A DNA stretch of 64,000 bases from an uncultured Verrucomicrobiae bacterium (GCA_963772365.1 CAVYXA010000001.1:224001-288000); one strand, 5' to 3'; shown: positions 52,156 through 62,419, numbered from the stretch's first letter. Numbers and translations are program-made. The notes: a model not told the origin generated them from the letters alone.

Positions 52156-52680
52156 TCAACGTCGTTCGCAGGCCAGCTCAATGGGCAGCGGCACTAGAAA
52201 TTCGCGCGCCTCGTTTACTTCCAATACTGGTCTGGCCAGATGCGCCGCCAGAAAACTGGTGTCAGGATTGGATGCAATCCCGCCACGGGCGAAAATTTCG
52301 CAGCCGGCAAGATTGTCGATCACGCGTGAGACTTTCTCGGCGAGATTGCGATGATCGGTGAATTGAACCGTGCAAACTCCGGGGGCAGTTGCTTCCACAT
52401 ATGGAGAAAGAGTAAAGGCGTGCTGAAGCAGAATCTCGTTCATTAATTTCTCCTGGGCCGGCGCGCGAACTTTGATGACCAAACTTAAACATCGCGCCAG
52501 TCCCTGGCTCGGTGTCATCCCGAGGCAAACGCCGGCTTTTTCGGCGGGTTCGTTGAGCTGGATAATGCTTACTTTTCGATGCTCCGTTTCAATCAACGCC
52601 ACCGGTCCGGCCTGCAATTCCGGCTGATGCCGGATCGCGGCCTGCAAATAAAAATCGGGTAAATAAATCGTGGCAAACAT
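52156..52680 (-). CDS. imuB: Short ImuB-like (inactive Y-family polymerase) protein
   Basis: F.LQA..R.......PVAL...I.Q.N..A...GV..GMT..Q..ARC, SP.VE; only 174 aa. Confidence 0.7.
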   Translation of the reverse strand: MFATIYLPDFYLQAAIRHQPELQAGPVALIETEHRKVSIIQLNEPAEKAGVCLGMTPSQGLARCLSLVIKVRAPAQEKLMNEILLQHAFTLSPYVEATAPGVCTVQFTDHRNLAEKVSRVIDNLAGCEIFARGGIASNPDTSFLAAHLARPVLEVNEAREFLVPLPIELACERR

Positions 52681-53336
52681 CAGCCTGCTTGCTCCAGTGT
52701 ATTAATAGCTGAAGCAAAATTCGCTCGCCGAATTCGAAACTGGAATTGCGCCGCCGCCTCTTCCGTTTCGAGGTTCTTCAGCGTCCAGGAATTTTCCAGA
52801 ACGATTTTTAATTGCGCGCTGGCGACCATGCTTTGCCGGCTCAAAACCAGACAAACAACCGGAACCGATTCGGCCAGCCGTTGCAGCCGATACCAGCTTG
52901 TGGCGGGAATTTTGCGCAGCTCTTTCGCCGGATTGAGCACAAGATCGACAATCACCAGCGGAAAATTCCCATCCCGCAACAGCAAATCGGCCGCCTTAAT
53001 AGCTTCCAAAGCTTTGCCGCAACGGACCCAAAGCAGATGCCGCAAACAATCGTTTCCCAGCGGCTGAGGATCGAATGAATCGAGGCCATCAACCAAGGCT
53101 AAAAAGTCGCCATCGCGATACGCCTTTCGAAGGAGAAGGTGAATCAGAGAAGCGCTTCCCGCGCTGCTCTTTGGGCTGATCAATTCCGTGATCGCATTCT
53201 TGGGCAAGCCGCCGCCAATGAGCTGATCGAGAGGATCCAAACCGGTGGGAAATCGCGTTCCGGCGGATGCCGCCGGGTGGGGGAACCGCGCCGCCAGCAA
53301 TTTGCGAAGATCGACAATGGAACTCGCTCGAGGCAT
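52680..53336 (-). CDS. imuA: ImuA/RecA-like protein
   Basis: TG...LD...GGGLP..AITEL, ALVD..DSFDP, LLWVRC; lies between lexA and imuB. Confidence 0.78.
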   Translation of the reverse strand: MPRASSIVDLRKLLAARFPHPAASAGTRFPTGLDPLDQLIGGGLPKNAITELISPKSSAGSASLIHLLLRKAYRDGDFLALVDGLDSFDPQPLGNDCLRHLLWVRCGKALEAIKAADLLLRDGNFPLVIVDLVLNPAKELRKIPATSWYRLQRLAESVPVVCLVLSRQSMVASAQLKIVLENSWTLKNLETEEAAAQFQFRIRRANFASAINTLEQAG

Positions 53337-53364
53337 CGAGTGAAGATGCCATCAATCGCTCAGA

Positions 53365-53378
53365 TGTTCAATCGAACA
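53365..53378. promoter_or_regulatory. LexA box (Verrucomicrobia type TGTTC-N4-GAACA) upstream of imuA
   Basis: TGTTC-AATC-GAACA, perfect match. Confidence 0.85.
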
Positions 53379-53996
53379 TTAGCCGCGTTTCCGGCGTTCC
53401 TGCTTCCGAATCAACGAGACCATTACCCCTTGAATCTTTAATTCCCGCGCCGGAATCAGGTTCGGATATTTTGCATTTTCCGCTTTGAGATAAGGCCGGC
53501 CGCGCTCGACCACATAACGTTTGAGAGTCGTCTCCCCGTCAATCAACGCGGCAACGATGTCGCCACTGTGCACTTCCTTGCTGTCTTCTAAAATGACAAG
53601 ATCACCATCGACAATGTGCGCGCCGATCATCGAATCGCCCCGCACCCGAAGAGCAAACGTCCCCCGATTCTTGGAAACATTGGCCGAACGGGTATCGAGG
53701 GAGACATGGCCCTCGATGGTTTGCTCGGTCAATGCGGACATTCCTGCCGGGATCTGCCCGTAAATCGGCACATCGGTGATCCGCACTTTCATCGCTGGCG
53801 TGATCAAGGCGCGCGCCTTGCCGGCGTGTCGTTCCAGAAAACCTTTTCGTTCCAGCGCCGCGATGTATTGCATGACGGAAGTCTGGCTGGCGAACCCAAA
53901 ATGATTTTGGATTTCCCGCGTACTCGGCGTTACTCCTTTTTCGCGCTGCTCGCGTTGGATAAAATCGAGAACGTTCTTTTGCCGATCCGTTAGCAC
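53379..53996 (-). CDS. lexA: SOS repressor LexA
   Basis: LT.RQ..VL.FI, PS.REI, IPAG cleavage site, VRGDSM, TLKR. Confidence 0.96.
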   Translation of the reverse strand: MLTDRQKNVLDFIQREQREKGVTPSTREIQNHFGFASQTSVMQYIAALERKGFLERHAGKARALITPAMKVRITDVPIYGQIPAGMSALTEQTIEGHVSLDTRSANVSKNRGTFALRVRGDSMIGAHIVDGDLVILEDSKEVHSGDIVAALIDGETTLKRYVVERGRPYLKAENAKYPNLIPARELKIQGVMVSLIRKQERRKRG

Positions 53997-54029
53997 AAAT
54001 CAGACTGGCGCAAGAATCTGCGTCGCGCA

Positions 54030-54043
54030 AGTTCAAATGAACA
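54030..54043. promoter_or_regulatory. LexA box upstream of lexA (one mismatch)
   Basis: AGTTC-AAAT-GAACA. Confidence 0.75.
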
Positions 54044-54054
54044 GCTTCTGCTGC

Positions 54055-54126
54055 CCTGTAGCGGCGGTCTATGACCGTCGCCATTTTGGGATGAAGTTTG
54101 CGACGCTCATAGAGCGCCGCTACAGG
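54055..54126. repeat. GTAG-type REP-like doublet (intergenic)
   Basis: CCTGTAGCGGCGGTCTATGACCGTCGC ... GCGACGCTCATAGAGCGCCGCTACAGG; 12-bp terminal IR. Confidence 0.85.
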
Positions 54127-54150
54127 AAAACATCTCTGATCATTTGTCTT

Positions 54151-54753
54151 ATGAAACCACTCTTCTTGTTTGGTCCGGGAGCGGGCGCGCCATCCTCGCA
54201 TGCGTGGATGCAGGGATGGAAAGATCGGCTGAGACGGATCGGAATTGTCGAGACATTCGATTATCCCTACATGCGCGAAGGACGGCGGCGTCCCGATCCG
54301 TTGTCGCAACTGATCGCCGCGCATCGACAAGCGTTGCGAGACGCGCGCGAGAGACATTCCTCAGGATCCACCATTCTGATCGGCAAAAGCATGGGCGGCC
54401 GCGTCGGATGTCACGTCTCTCTCGAGGAAAAAGTGGATGCGCTCATTTGCCTGGGATATCCGCTTTGCGCAATGGGTGACCGGGCGAAGCTGCGGGACGA
54501 AGTTTTGCGCGCCTTAACAACTCCAATCCTGTTCGTGCAGGGCACGCGCGATTCACTTTGCCCGCTGGAACTGCTAGAGCGGGTGCGTGCGGAAATGAAA
54601 GCGCCAAATTTCCTGCACTTTGTCGATGGTGGCGATCATTCGTTGCTAATGGCCAAACGACAATTGAAGGCGAATGGCCAAACTCAGGAAGACATCGATC
54701 ACGAGATTTCTAAAAGCATCGCGGGTTTTCTTTCCAAATCGAATGCGATTTGA
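54151..54753 (+). CDS. Alpha/beta hydrolase
   Basis: GKSMGG, CLGYP, QGTRD, GDHS. Confidence 0.88.
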   Translation: MKPLFLFGPGAGAPSSHAWMQGWKDRLRRIGIVETFDYPYMREGRRRPDPLSQLIAAHRQALRDARERHSSGSTILIGKSMGGRVGCHVSLEEKVDALICLGYPLCAMGDRAKLRDEVLRALTTPILFVQGTRDSLCPLELLERVRAEMKAPNFLHFVDGGDHSLLMAKRQLKANGQTQEDIDHEISKSIAGFLSKSNAI

Positions 54754-54757
54754 TCGC

Positions 54758-57046
54758 TTACCGGCGACGTGCCCGTTTTTTTCGATGCTCGGGCTCTTTG
54801 GGTTGAGGTCTGGGAGGTGCGCCGATGGTGAATGTCTTTTCTTCCGGGCTTCGTCCGAGACAAAGCGGAATGCCTTGCGGAATTTGGTTGATTGGCAGAA
54901 CGGAATTCTGACTGGCCGTTTCCTGAACGTTGATTTTCCACGGCCGATTCAGACCGCCGCGAATCTCAAATTTAGCGACGGCCGGCGCGAGCGTCACTGC
55001 GATCGGTTGAATGTCGAGCTTACTCAGGCACTCGAGCCGTTGCGTCGTGAGATCAAAGATCGACGTCGCCGGCGACAGGGTGATGACGAAATCGTTGGTA
55101 TCGTGAAGATCTATCTGTCCGCTTACGGCAAGATCGACATCTTTCGTCGCGCCGTGGAAAAAATCGATCGAAGCCTGCTTGTCATGAAACGTTACACCGG
55201 CGCTTGCCTGGACGAGATTGAGTGCGGCATTTTCCAGCTTGCCATCGATCAACTGAACTTCACCATCGATCCGAGGATGTTGTAACGTCTCCGTCAGCGA
55301 AATTTTCCCGCTCAAGATTCCGTCGCGAAAAATCTGCGGATGAAAAATTTGCGGCACATTCGCAAGAAAAATGGATGGAAAATCGAGCGTTAGCGCGATG
55401 GATGTTGTTTGGAAACGTTTCCAGTCGGTCCCGATCGGGAGGAGAAAATTCGCGGTGAAATCAAACGGGCTCGATCCGGGCAGATTGATGGTTCCGTGTA
55501 CGTCCCATCTGCTGGATTCAATTTTCGCGTCAATTGTCGCTGGTGTTGGCTTTGTTCGACTCTCATCAGGTCCGCAAAAGATCGACAGGTAATCGGCCAA
55601 ATCGTTCACCGTGACTGCAACCGAGCCGGAATAGTTATGCTCGTGCAACATGTCGATCTTGCCGTTTGCTCTCAGAAGATCGTGGTTCCGTGTGGCTTCG
55701 AGTTGTTCGATCTCCATCTCGCCGCCTTTTAGATTCAGGCTCGCCTGTAAGCTATCGATTGCGGTGCGGAAGAGAGTAAGCGATGTCCCGTTGAAACGAA
55801 TATGTCCGCCGATCTTGCGATCGCGCGTGTTGACAGTGCCCTCGACTCCGATGGCACCCTCGAAATCGCCGGGATCCGTGCCAAATAATGCGGCAAAGTC
55901 GCCCAGCTGGTTGATGGATGCGGAGATATCGCCGCGAAATTCCGGGCTGAGCCAGTCGGATGGTTTCGCTGGAAATGCAGCCTGCCCGCTGAGAGTGAGC
56001 TGATTCTTGCTTTGCCTAACATAAAGCTGCTGAATCTCAATCTGCCGATTGTAAAGCGAGGCGCCGAGCATGATCACTTCGGCCGCGCGATTGCGCCATT
56101 GGAGATCAGTCAATTCCATCCAGAGGGAAGCTGTTGCGTCAGTCGGATGCCTGGGATCGCCCCGGAAAGTGATTTTTCCGGCATGAAGCAGACCGTTAAT
56201 GCGATCCGTGAACCCGAGCACGTCGGAGGTTGCGGCAAGCGAAATATCTGATGCCCAACCTACGAGGTTCCAAGTGGAATTTTCTTCACGCCAGTCATCC
56301 GTGATGCTTGCTCGGATTTTGCCTCCCGCCGCATCCGCATCCAAGTCCACATCGACCCGTTCTTTCCCAAGACTCGACAGGTTGATCGAAATCCATTCCA
56401 GATCAAGACCGCGTGCCAGGTTCAAGCCTGCGATGGTCAAGCGCTTGTTCTGCCAGTTCGTTGAACCGCGCAATTGGTTAAAGGTTTGCCGAAATAACGG
56501 GGAGACAATGGTGATTTCACCGGCACGGAATTGGCCGGATTCAATTTCGCTGGCCGAGAGCGCCGCTTTACGAACCAAAATCACGGTCGGTCCGTCTTCC
56601 AAACGCAAATCGAATGTCGGCAGCCTGACCGCCTTCGGCAAAATTCGTTGAAGCGCCATCCAGCCCGATGCCGAAAGAAAACTGCCGGGATGATCGCGAT
56701 GCGTCTCGGCCTGCAAACCTTCGATGGAAAGCGCTCGGATAATGCGGCCGCTTCCGTGCCGAAAGATGTTCACCAGATTCAACTCGATCGTTGCTTCGGC
56801 CGCTTTCACATCGAGACTGAACGCGTTTGCGGGCGCGCTGGTGATGCGAATACCGCGCATGACAACCGGCCGCAGAAGCGGCGCGGAAATTTTGTCGATC
56901 TTAAGATTGAAATTCTGCTGACGCGCCTCCCAGGAAAGCCAGAAGCGAATGCCACTCGACACAGCAAATGGGGTGATCAAAATGATCACGAGCGGCGCCA
57001 GGATTAACAGCGCGAAGATCCGGAGCAATCGCTTCTGAATTTCCAT
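54758..57046 (-). CDS. AsmA/TamB-like envelope protein
   Basis: N-terminal TM followed by a long beta-rich region. Confidence 0.55.
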   Translation of the reverse strand: MEIQKRLLRIFALLILAPLVIILITPFAVSSGIRFWLSWEARQQNFNLKIDKISAPLLRPVVMRGIRITSAPANAFSLDVKAAEATIELNLVNIFRHGSGRIIRALSIEGLQAETHRDHPGSFLSASGWMALQRILPKAVRLPTFDLRLEDGPTVILVRKAALSASEIESGQFRAGEITIVSPLFRQTFNQLRGSTNWQNKRLTIAGLNLARGLDLEWISINLSSLGKERVDVDLDADAAGGKIRASITDDWREENSTWNLVGWASDISLAATSDVLGFTDRINGLLHAGKITFRGDPRHPTDATASLWMELTDLQWRNRAAEVIMLGASLYNRQIEIQQLYVRQSKNQLTLSGQAAFPAKPSDWLSPEFRGDISASINQLGDFAALFGTDPGDFEGAIGVEGTVNTRDRKIGGHIRFNGTSLTLFRTAIDSLQASLNLKGGEMEIEQLEATRNHDLLRANGKIDMLHEHNYSGSVAVTVNDLADYLSIFCGPDESRTKPTPATIDAKIESSRWDVHGTINLPGSSPFDFTANFLLPIGTDWKRFQTTSIALTLDFPSIFLANVPQIFHPQIFRDGILSGKISLTETLQHPRIDGEVQLIDGKLENAALNLVQASAGVTFHDKQASIDFFHGATKDVDLAVSGQIDLHDTNDFVITLSPATSIFDLTTQRLECLSKLDIQPIAVTLAPAVAKFEIRGGLNRPWKINVQETASQNSVLPINQIPQGIPLCLGRSPEEKTFTIGAPPRPQPKEPEHRKKRARRR

Positions 57047-57088
57047 GTTAAGGAAAAACGGGCGGAACGGCGACGATCAAATTCGGAA

Positions 57089-57808
57089 TCACTGTTCCCC
57101 TTTCTTCATCTCCCCAAAGAGCACGTGCACGGGCTGCGGAGCATGGATTCGTTGGTCGAGTTGTTGCTGAAGGGTGCGCTCCGCTTCTGCGGTCAGATTG
57201 GTTTCGCCGGCTTTTTGCCGGGCGAGCTCCGGCAGGATCGACAATTCATTTTGCACATCTTCGCCGGAAATCCGGTTCCAGAAACCGTTCTCAAATTCCA
57301 GCACGTCCACTTCTTTTTGCTCGACGCCCAGGATCTGAGCGGGTGGAAGCCGCACGATGATGTCGTCCGGGCGGATGTCGATGCTCAGGTGCTTGCGCAA
57401 ATCGAATCCGGCCTTTGCGATAAAAGTGCCATGCAGTTTGAGCCGCTTCGAACTTCCCGCCCAAGTATGAACGAATTCATGTTCGACTTCGATCCGGCGA
57501 GAGACTACTGCCAGCTCGCTGGTCGGCAATGTTTGTTCCATGTAAATGCGATCGTTGATCGTAATGCGCGGTTGGAGATGGGCGATATCGACGAAAGCGG
57601 CGCGGACTTCTCTGCCCAGACGCTCGAGCTCGCTCGTGCTTTGTCTTACGGTTCGGGCCGGCCAGGTTTCCAAACGCCAGAAAACAATGAGAAGAACGCC
57701 CGCGACGATGAGTACGACCAAGGTGAACGCCACCGGCCAGGAAAAACGGCCGGATGAGGCACTTCGCAATCTCAATGGAAACATGTTTCGTTTCATATCG
57801 TCGCCATG
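57089..57808 (-). CDS. DUF4230-like membrane-anchored protein
   Basis: TM helix; G.F.AKAGFDL...I.V.LPPAQIL; start uncertain. Confidence 0.7.
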   Translation of the reverse strand, partial: HGDDMKRNMFPLRLRSASSGRFSWPVAFTLVVLIVAGVLLIVFWRLETWPARTVRQSTSELERLGREVRAAFVDIAHLQPRITINDRIYMEQTLPTSELAVVSRRIEVEHEFVHTWAGSSKRLKLHGTFIAKAGFDLRKHLSIDIRPDDIIVRLPPAQILGVEQKEVDVLEFENGFWNRISGEDVQNELSILPELARQKAGETNLTAEAERTLQQQLDQRIHAPQPVHVLFGEMKKGEQ

Positions 57809-57969
57809 GCTCGACAAAGCGGGCCGCCTGAGAATAGCTCAGCAGTTCGATGCCCGGTCAATTGCTTCCTTGGAAAAGCGAAGGAGTCAGGATTGTCGAT
57901 CGAGAATGAACAAGCTTGGGCAGCCATTTACCTTGACACGTCACCTTGGAACTAAACATACTCGCCAGC

Positions 57970-58830
57970 ATGAAAATGCTTCGTTTCTTGAAGATTTCCC
58001 TTCTTGTCGGCGCACTGCTTGCGGGCGCGGCTCTTCACTCGGCGAAAGCGGACACAATCCTTTACGGCTCCACCGGAGGTGACAATGCGTCGGGTGGCGG
58101 ATTGCTGTATCAGATCAACGTTACGACACAGGTGGTCAGTTTTATCGGGAACACAGGATTCGATCGCCTCGGTGGCATCGCATTTAATTCCGTTGGTGTT
58201 TTGTATGGAGTGTCCGGAGGAAGCGCTTTGCAGAGCACGCTAATGACAATCGACCCGACGACTGGTGTTGCCACTGTTATTGGGCTTGTTAGCGATCCCA
58301 ACGCAAACATTGACGGGCTCCGTTTCAACTCGCAAGGCGTGCTTTACGGCACGGCGTATAACCCGAGTCTCAGCGGCGGAGTGCTGTATACAATTGATCC
58401 TTCGAACGCGAATATCCTTACTTCTCTCAACTTGATGGGCTCCGGCAATTCATTCTGCGCCGGAATCGCGTTCGACGGCGCGGGCAACTTGTATGGGTCG
58501 CGGGGAAATTCTAATGGGCACACTGAAGATCTCGATCTTATTAATCAAGGCACCGGCGCGATGACACCAATCGGCGGGATGGACGCCGTTATTTCCGATA
58601 TCGTGTTTTATCCCGACGGCACCCTCTATGCCAGCTCGCCCAATGGCGATCTGTATTCGATTAATCCAATGACAGGTGGCAAGACTCTGCTGTTCAATAC
58701 CGGCATAACTCAATTTTCGGGATTGGCGGCTGCCGTGCCCGAGCCGTCAGTTACAGTTCTCTTTGGGATTGCGGCGCTCTCTTCGTTCGTTCTGCTGCGC
58801 CGGCGTTCCCATCAGACGGGCCGCGGCTGA
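57970..58830 (+). CDS. PEP-CTERM protein with beta-propeller-like repeats
   Basis: Signal peptide; repeated IAF...G.LYG and L.TIDP.TG; VPEPS + TM + RRR. Confidence 0.9.
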   Translation: MKMLRFLKISLLVGALLAGAALHSAKADTILYGSTGGDNASGGGLLYQINVTTQVVSFIGNTGFDRLGGIAFNSVGVLYGVSGGSALQSTLMTIDPTTGVATVIGLVSDPNANIDGLRFNSQGVLYGTAYNPSLSGGVLYTIDPSNANILTSLNLMGSGNSFCAGIAFDGAGNLYGSRGNSNGHTEDLDLINQGTGAMTPIGGMDAVISDIVFYPDGTLYASSPNGDLYSINPMTGGKTLLFNTGITQFSGLAAAVPEPSVTVLFGIAALSSFVLLRRRSHQTGRG

Positions 58831-58974
58831 TTCATCGAACTCGGTAACGGATGCACGGGACGAGATGGAACTCGTCTCTCCTGTTTGGCTTGAAACCCTC
58901 TGGCGGGCACGGCTTTCTATAAGCGTCCAAATTGTTACAGCCAATTCTGCATCCGCTGGCGAAACCGTTGTATT

Positions 58975-59427
58975 ATGCCAGAAGAAGATGTTATCGAACG
59001 GGCCCGCCAGGATGAACGTGAAGGCAAATCGCCTTCCACCCAGGCTGGAGAGTTCGTTCGCGAAGAGATCGAACATATTCGAGCGGGAGAACACGGAATA
59101 CGGTCGCCGGAACAGGCTATAGCCATTGGTCTTTCGAAGGCGCGCCGTGCGGGAGTAAATCTGCCGCCGCCCGAGCACGGTTCGAAGCGAACCAAACGCC
59201 AGGCAAAACGCGATCTGGCGAAAGGCCGCCGTGGTAAAAAGAAAAAACCATCGCCGAGGCGTTCCCGAGCGACCAAGCGCGCCTTAAAAAAGGAAGGCCG
59301 CTCGGCTGCATCCCGGAGCAGATTATCCCGACAGGCTAAGCGGACTGCACAGCGCCGGGGGCCGGCTGCGCGTTCGCGAGCCGCGAAAAAAGCAGCCCGC
59401 ACGCGGACTCATCGTCGCCGGCGTTAA
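58975..59427 (+). CDS. Basic putative DNA-binding protein
   Basis: GKSPSTQAGEFVREE...QAIAIGLSKARRAGV plus Lys/Arg-rich tail. Confidence 0.8.
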   Translation: MPEEDVIERARQDEREGKSPSTQAGEFVREEIEHIRAGEHGIRSPEQAIAIGLSKARRAGVNLPPPEHGSKRTKRQAKRDLAKGRRGKKKKPSPRRSRATKRALKKEGRSAASRSRLSRQAKRTAQRRGPAARSRAAKKAARTRTHRRRR

Positions 59428-59432
59428 CGAAT

Positions 59433-59588
59433 ATGGCCACGCGCAAACAACGCGCTGCCGCCCGGCGGAATATCAAAAAAGCCGCCAGAGCAGCGAAGCG
59501 CAAACGTACTGTCGCGCACTTGCCAAAGAAAACGCGCACAGCTCTGGGCCGGGAAGGCGCCAAAGCCGCGAAGCGAAAGCGCAGATAA
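59433..59588 (+). CDS. Small highly basic protein (51 aa, absent from the ORF track)
   Basis: MATRKQRAAARRNIKKAARAAKRKRTVAHLPKKTRTALGREGAKAAKRKRR*, 5 nt after the previous stop. Confidence 0.75.
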   Translation: MATRKQRAAARRNIKKAARAAKRKRTVAHLPKKTRTALGREGAKAAKRKRR

Positions 59589-59630
59589 ACCCAGCGCGAA
59601 ATGCGAAGACGCGGGTCCGTTTGGACGCGA

Positions 59631-61343
59631 TCACAGCATTCGCCGGATCGCGTCGGTAACGCTCTTGGCATCCAAAACGGAGTTCTCTACTGCCGGCAAC
59701 GCCCAATTGTCCTGATTGACAAAGAACACTTTGTTGTCGATGGGTCGGGCTGCAGTCTCGACGATGCCATTGTAAATGAGTCTCGGGCGGGAGATCGGCA
59801 TCGCGTGTCCCCAGCGAGTCATTCGGACCTGGCGAATGGCTGACTCGGGAACATCGAGCAGCGAAAGCATGTGACGAAGCTGCGGCAGAAGCAAATCTAT
59901 GTAGTGATACCATGGCCGTTTCGTGAGCAATGTGAAACGAGCCGATGCCCACGAGAGCGGCCAATACAAAGTGAGAACGCTGCGTGGTCCCTCGTTTGTG
60001 TAATCGCCGCGAAGCATGTCAGTCACGATGGGGTTATGCGAGAGGTCTTCGCCATTCATCGGATAATGAATGCCGTCGCCGAGCAGGAAACAGTCGTAGA
60101 AATCGCGTTCGATCGGCGAGTTCAACAAAACGTTCACGACGAGATATGGCAACGTCTCGAGATGGTTGATTGCAGTTAATTTGTCGTTGTCCCAATGCTC
60201 GAGATCAAATAGCACGTGCTTCACGATATGTTTCGACCCGGCCATGATGACGAAACGCGCGCTGATCGAGCGCAGTTTGTTATTCGCGTCGAAATAACTC
60301 ACCTGCAGGCGCTCACCGCATGGACGGACGTCGATCACCTGGCAATGCCCGCGCAAATAGTGCGGGCGACATTCCGGCGGGACATTGTGCTCGCGATCTT
60401 TCAATCGTTCCCAGAGTTGATAAACCATCTGCGCGTTTCCACCGGGAAGGACCCAGCGTCCGCCCTCTTCTGCGGCGACGAAGTTCCATCCGCCGGCAGC
60501 GGAAATTTCTTCCATCGGCGCGTCGAATGAAGAAAAGAAATAGGATTGAACACCGGCGCGGAGCAGCGGCGTCATCGGGATTCCCATTCGTTGCTCCACG
60601 TCTTCGCGAAACGTGAGCCGATCCAGCTCCCGCACCCGCCGCGCTTCGATTGGATCCGACGAGAGCGGGATATCCGGGTATTGATTATCCCAGATATCAG
60701 TCACGACCTCGGCGTAACGCATGAATGCCTGACGTTCCTTTTCCGGGAATCCATCGCCGGTCCAGAAGTCATCCAGGATTACATTGTTAAGCTCCATCGG
60801 ATCGGGCGGATTATTGATGCGAACCAGATGGTGCAGGCCGAGTTGATGGTAAAAATGCTCCAGGAACGAGCCGTGATCCGGCGTAATAAAATACGCGCCG
60901 CCCAACGAATAATTAATTCCGTTCCAGGTTTCGCCCTGGGCATTGCCGCCGAAACGATCGCGCAGCTCGAAGAGCACCGTGTTATGGTCCCGCAACAGAT
61001 AAGCCGAAGTTAATCCCGACAGCCCACCGCCCACGATAGCAACATCGACATCCTCCGCCGGATCCGGCAGTTGATCGATTTCGGGAATAAAATGAAACGG
61101 GATCTGATCGTTAGGGAAATCGTCTCCGAAAAACCACTCCGCAAACGGAATCCCTTCGACCATCACCGATGGCGGATCGGCCGGGATCTGAAGAAGGGGA
61201 GTAGTCGCCTCGACTCCCAGTGCTCCCGACGGCGCGCACGGCATCGATCGCGCGATTCGATTCAGTCCCAATCCCTTTTTTGCCATCATACCCAGCGCAA
61301 AAGCGCTCAAACCACCGCGTAAAAATTTTCTTCGACTCAGCAT
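59631..61343 (-). CDS. Tat-exported FAD-dependent oxidoreductase (amine oxidase-like)
   Basis: SRRKFL Tat motif; IVGGGLSGL..A, E...FGGNA, RWGHAM; GGAGG RBS. Confidence 0.85.
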   Translation of the reverse strand: MLSRRKFLRGGLSAFALGMMAKKGLGLNRIARSMPCAPSGALGVEATTPLLQIPADPPSVMVEGIPFAEWFFGDDFPNDQIPFHFIPEIDQLPDPAEDVDVAIVGGGLSGLTSAYLLRDHNTVLFELRDRFGGNAQGETWNGINYSLGGAYFITPDHGSFLEHFYHQLGLHHLVRINNPPDPMELNNVILDDFWTGDGFPEKERQAFMRYAEVVTDIWDNQYPDIPLSSDPIEARRVRELDRLTFREDVEQRMGIPMTPLLRAGVQSYFFSSFDAPMEEISAAGGWNFVAAEEGGRWVLPGGNAQMVYQLWERLKDREHNVPPECRPHYLRGHCQVIDVRPCGERLQVSYFDANNKLRSISARFVIMAGSKHIVKHVLFDLEHWDNDKLTAINHLETLPYLVVNVLLNSPIERDFYDCFLLGDGIHYPMNGEDLSHNPIVTDMLRGDYTNEGPRSVLTLYWPLSWASARFTLLTKRPWYHYIDLLLPQLRHMLSLLDVPESAIRQVRMTRWGHAMPISRPRLIYNGIVETAARPIDNKVFFVNQDNWALPAVENSVLDAKSVTDAIRRML

Positions 61344-61603
61344 CGGAATTCCCTCCTGTTTGATGTGATCTCTCGCCGAGGGGAGTCTGACAAATCGCCG
61401 CTTCGCCTTCAAACCTCAAATGCTTTAGGTTTGGGCCTAATTTGAGGAACTGATGGGGCCCCACAGGTTCGTCCCGATAACGCGTCTCTAGATGGCACAA
61501 TTGCCAAAAGGTAGTTGCACGTTCGACGGCCGGTTTTGAGCAAGGATGCAGCAACAACGAAACCTGTCTTGTTTCTCTCGATTGTTTGTTTCAAATTTCG
61601 AGC

Positions 61604-62419
61604 TTGGCTCAGAAACAGATAGAGATTCTCGGGATTATCGCTGGGAACGGGGTTTATCCAAAAATCCTCGCGCAGGCTGCGCGAAAAGTGGGCGTGAAAC
61701 GCATTGTGGCTGCGGCATTCGAGAAGGAAACCGATCCGACCCTGGCCCAGGATGTCGATGCTATCGAATGGATGCGGGTGGGGCACTTAGGCCGGTTGCT
61801 GAAGTTTTTTCGGGCGCAGAAAATCCATCACGCGATCATGGCGGGACAGATCGCACCGAAAAATCTGTTCGATCTGAAGCCGGATGTGAAAGCGTTGCTT
61901 TTGATGGCTAAATTGAAACAGCGAAGCGCCGAATCGATTTTTGCCGCGATTGCCGATGAACTGGCCAAAGCCGATGTCGATCTTTTGCCGGCGACGACTT
62001 TCCTCGAAGACTCGCTCGCTTCCAGTGGATTAATCGCGGGACCAAAGCTCTCGAGCCGGGAAGAAGAAGATGTCGATCTTGGTTGGAAGATCGCGAAGGA
62101 AATTGCCCGGCTCGACATCGGGCAAACCGTGATCGTGAAAAATGGAACGGTGCTCGCGGTCGAGGCATTTGAAGGGACCAATGACGCGATCAAACGCGGG
62201 GGCGCGCTTGCCCGCGAGGGAGCGGTGATGATCAAGGTTGCGAAACCGAATCAGGACATGCGGTTCGATGCGCCGGTGATTGGTGTCGAAACGATTCGAG
62301 TGGCCGCCGAGGCGAAGCTGCGTGTGATCGCGGTCGAAGCTGACAAGACATTGTTGCTCGACCGCAATGCGACTGTCGACCTTGCGACACGAGCCAGGAT
62401 CTCAATTGTCGCGCGTTAA
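61604..62419 (+). CDS. lpxI: UDP-2,3-diacylglucosamine diphosphatase
   Basis: LGIIAG.G.YP, DIGQT, AVEAFEGT, KPNQDMRFD.P; start uncertain. Confidence 0.9.
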   Translation: MAQKQIEILGIIAGNGVYPKILAQAARKVGVKRIVAAAFEKETDPTLAQDVDAIEWMRVGHLGRLLKFFRAQKIHHAIMAGQIAPKNLFDLKPDVKALLLMAKLKQRSAESIFAAIADELAKADVDLLPATTFLEDSLASSGLIAGPKLSSREEEDVDLGWKIAKEIARLDIGQTVIVKNGTVLAVEAFEGTNDAIKRGGALAREGAVMIKVAKPNQDMRFDAPVIGVETIRVAAEAKLRVIAVEADKTLLLDRNATVDLATRARISIVAR

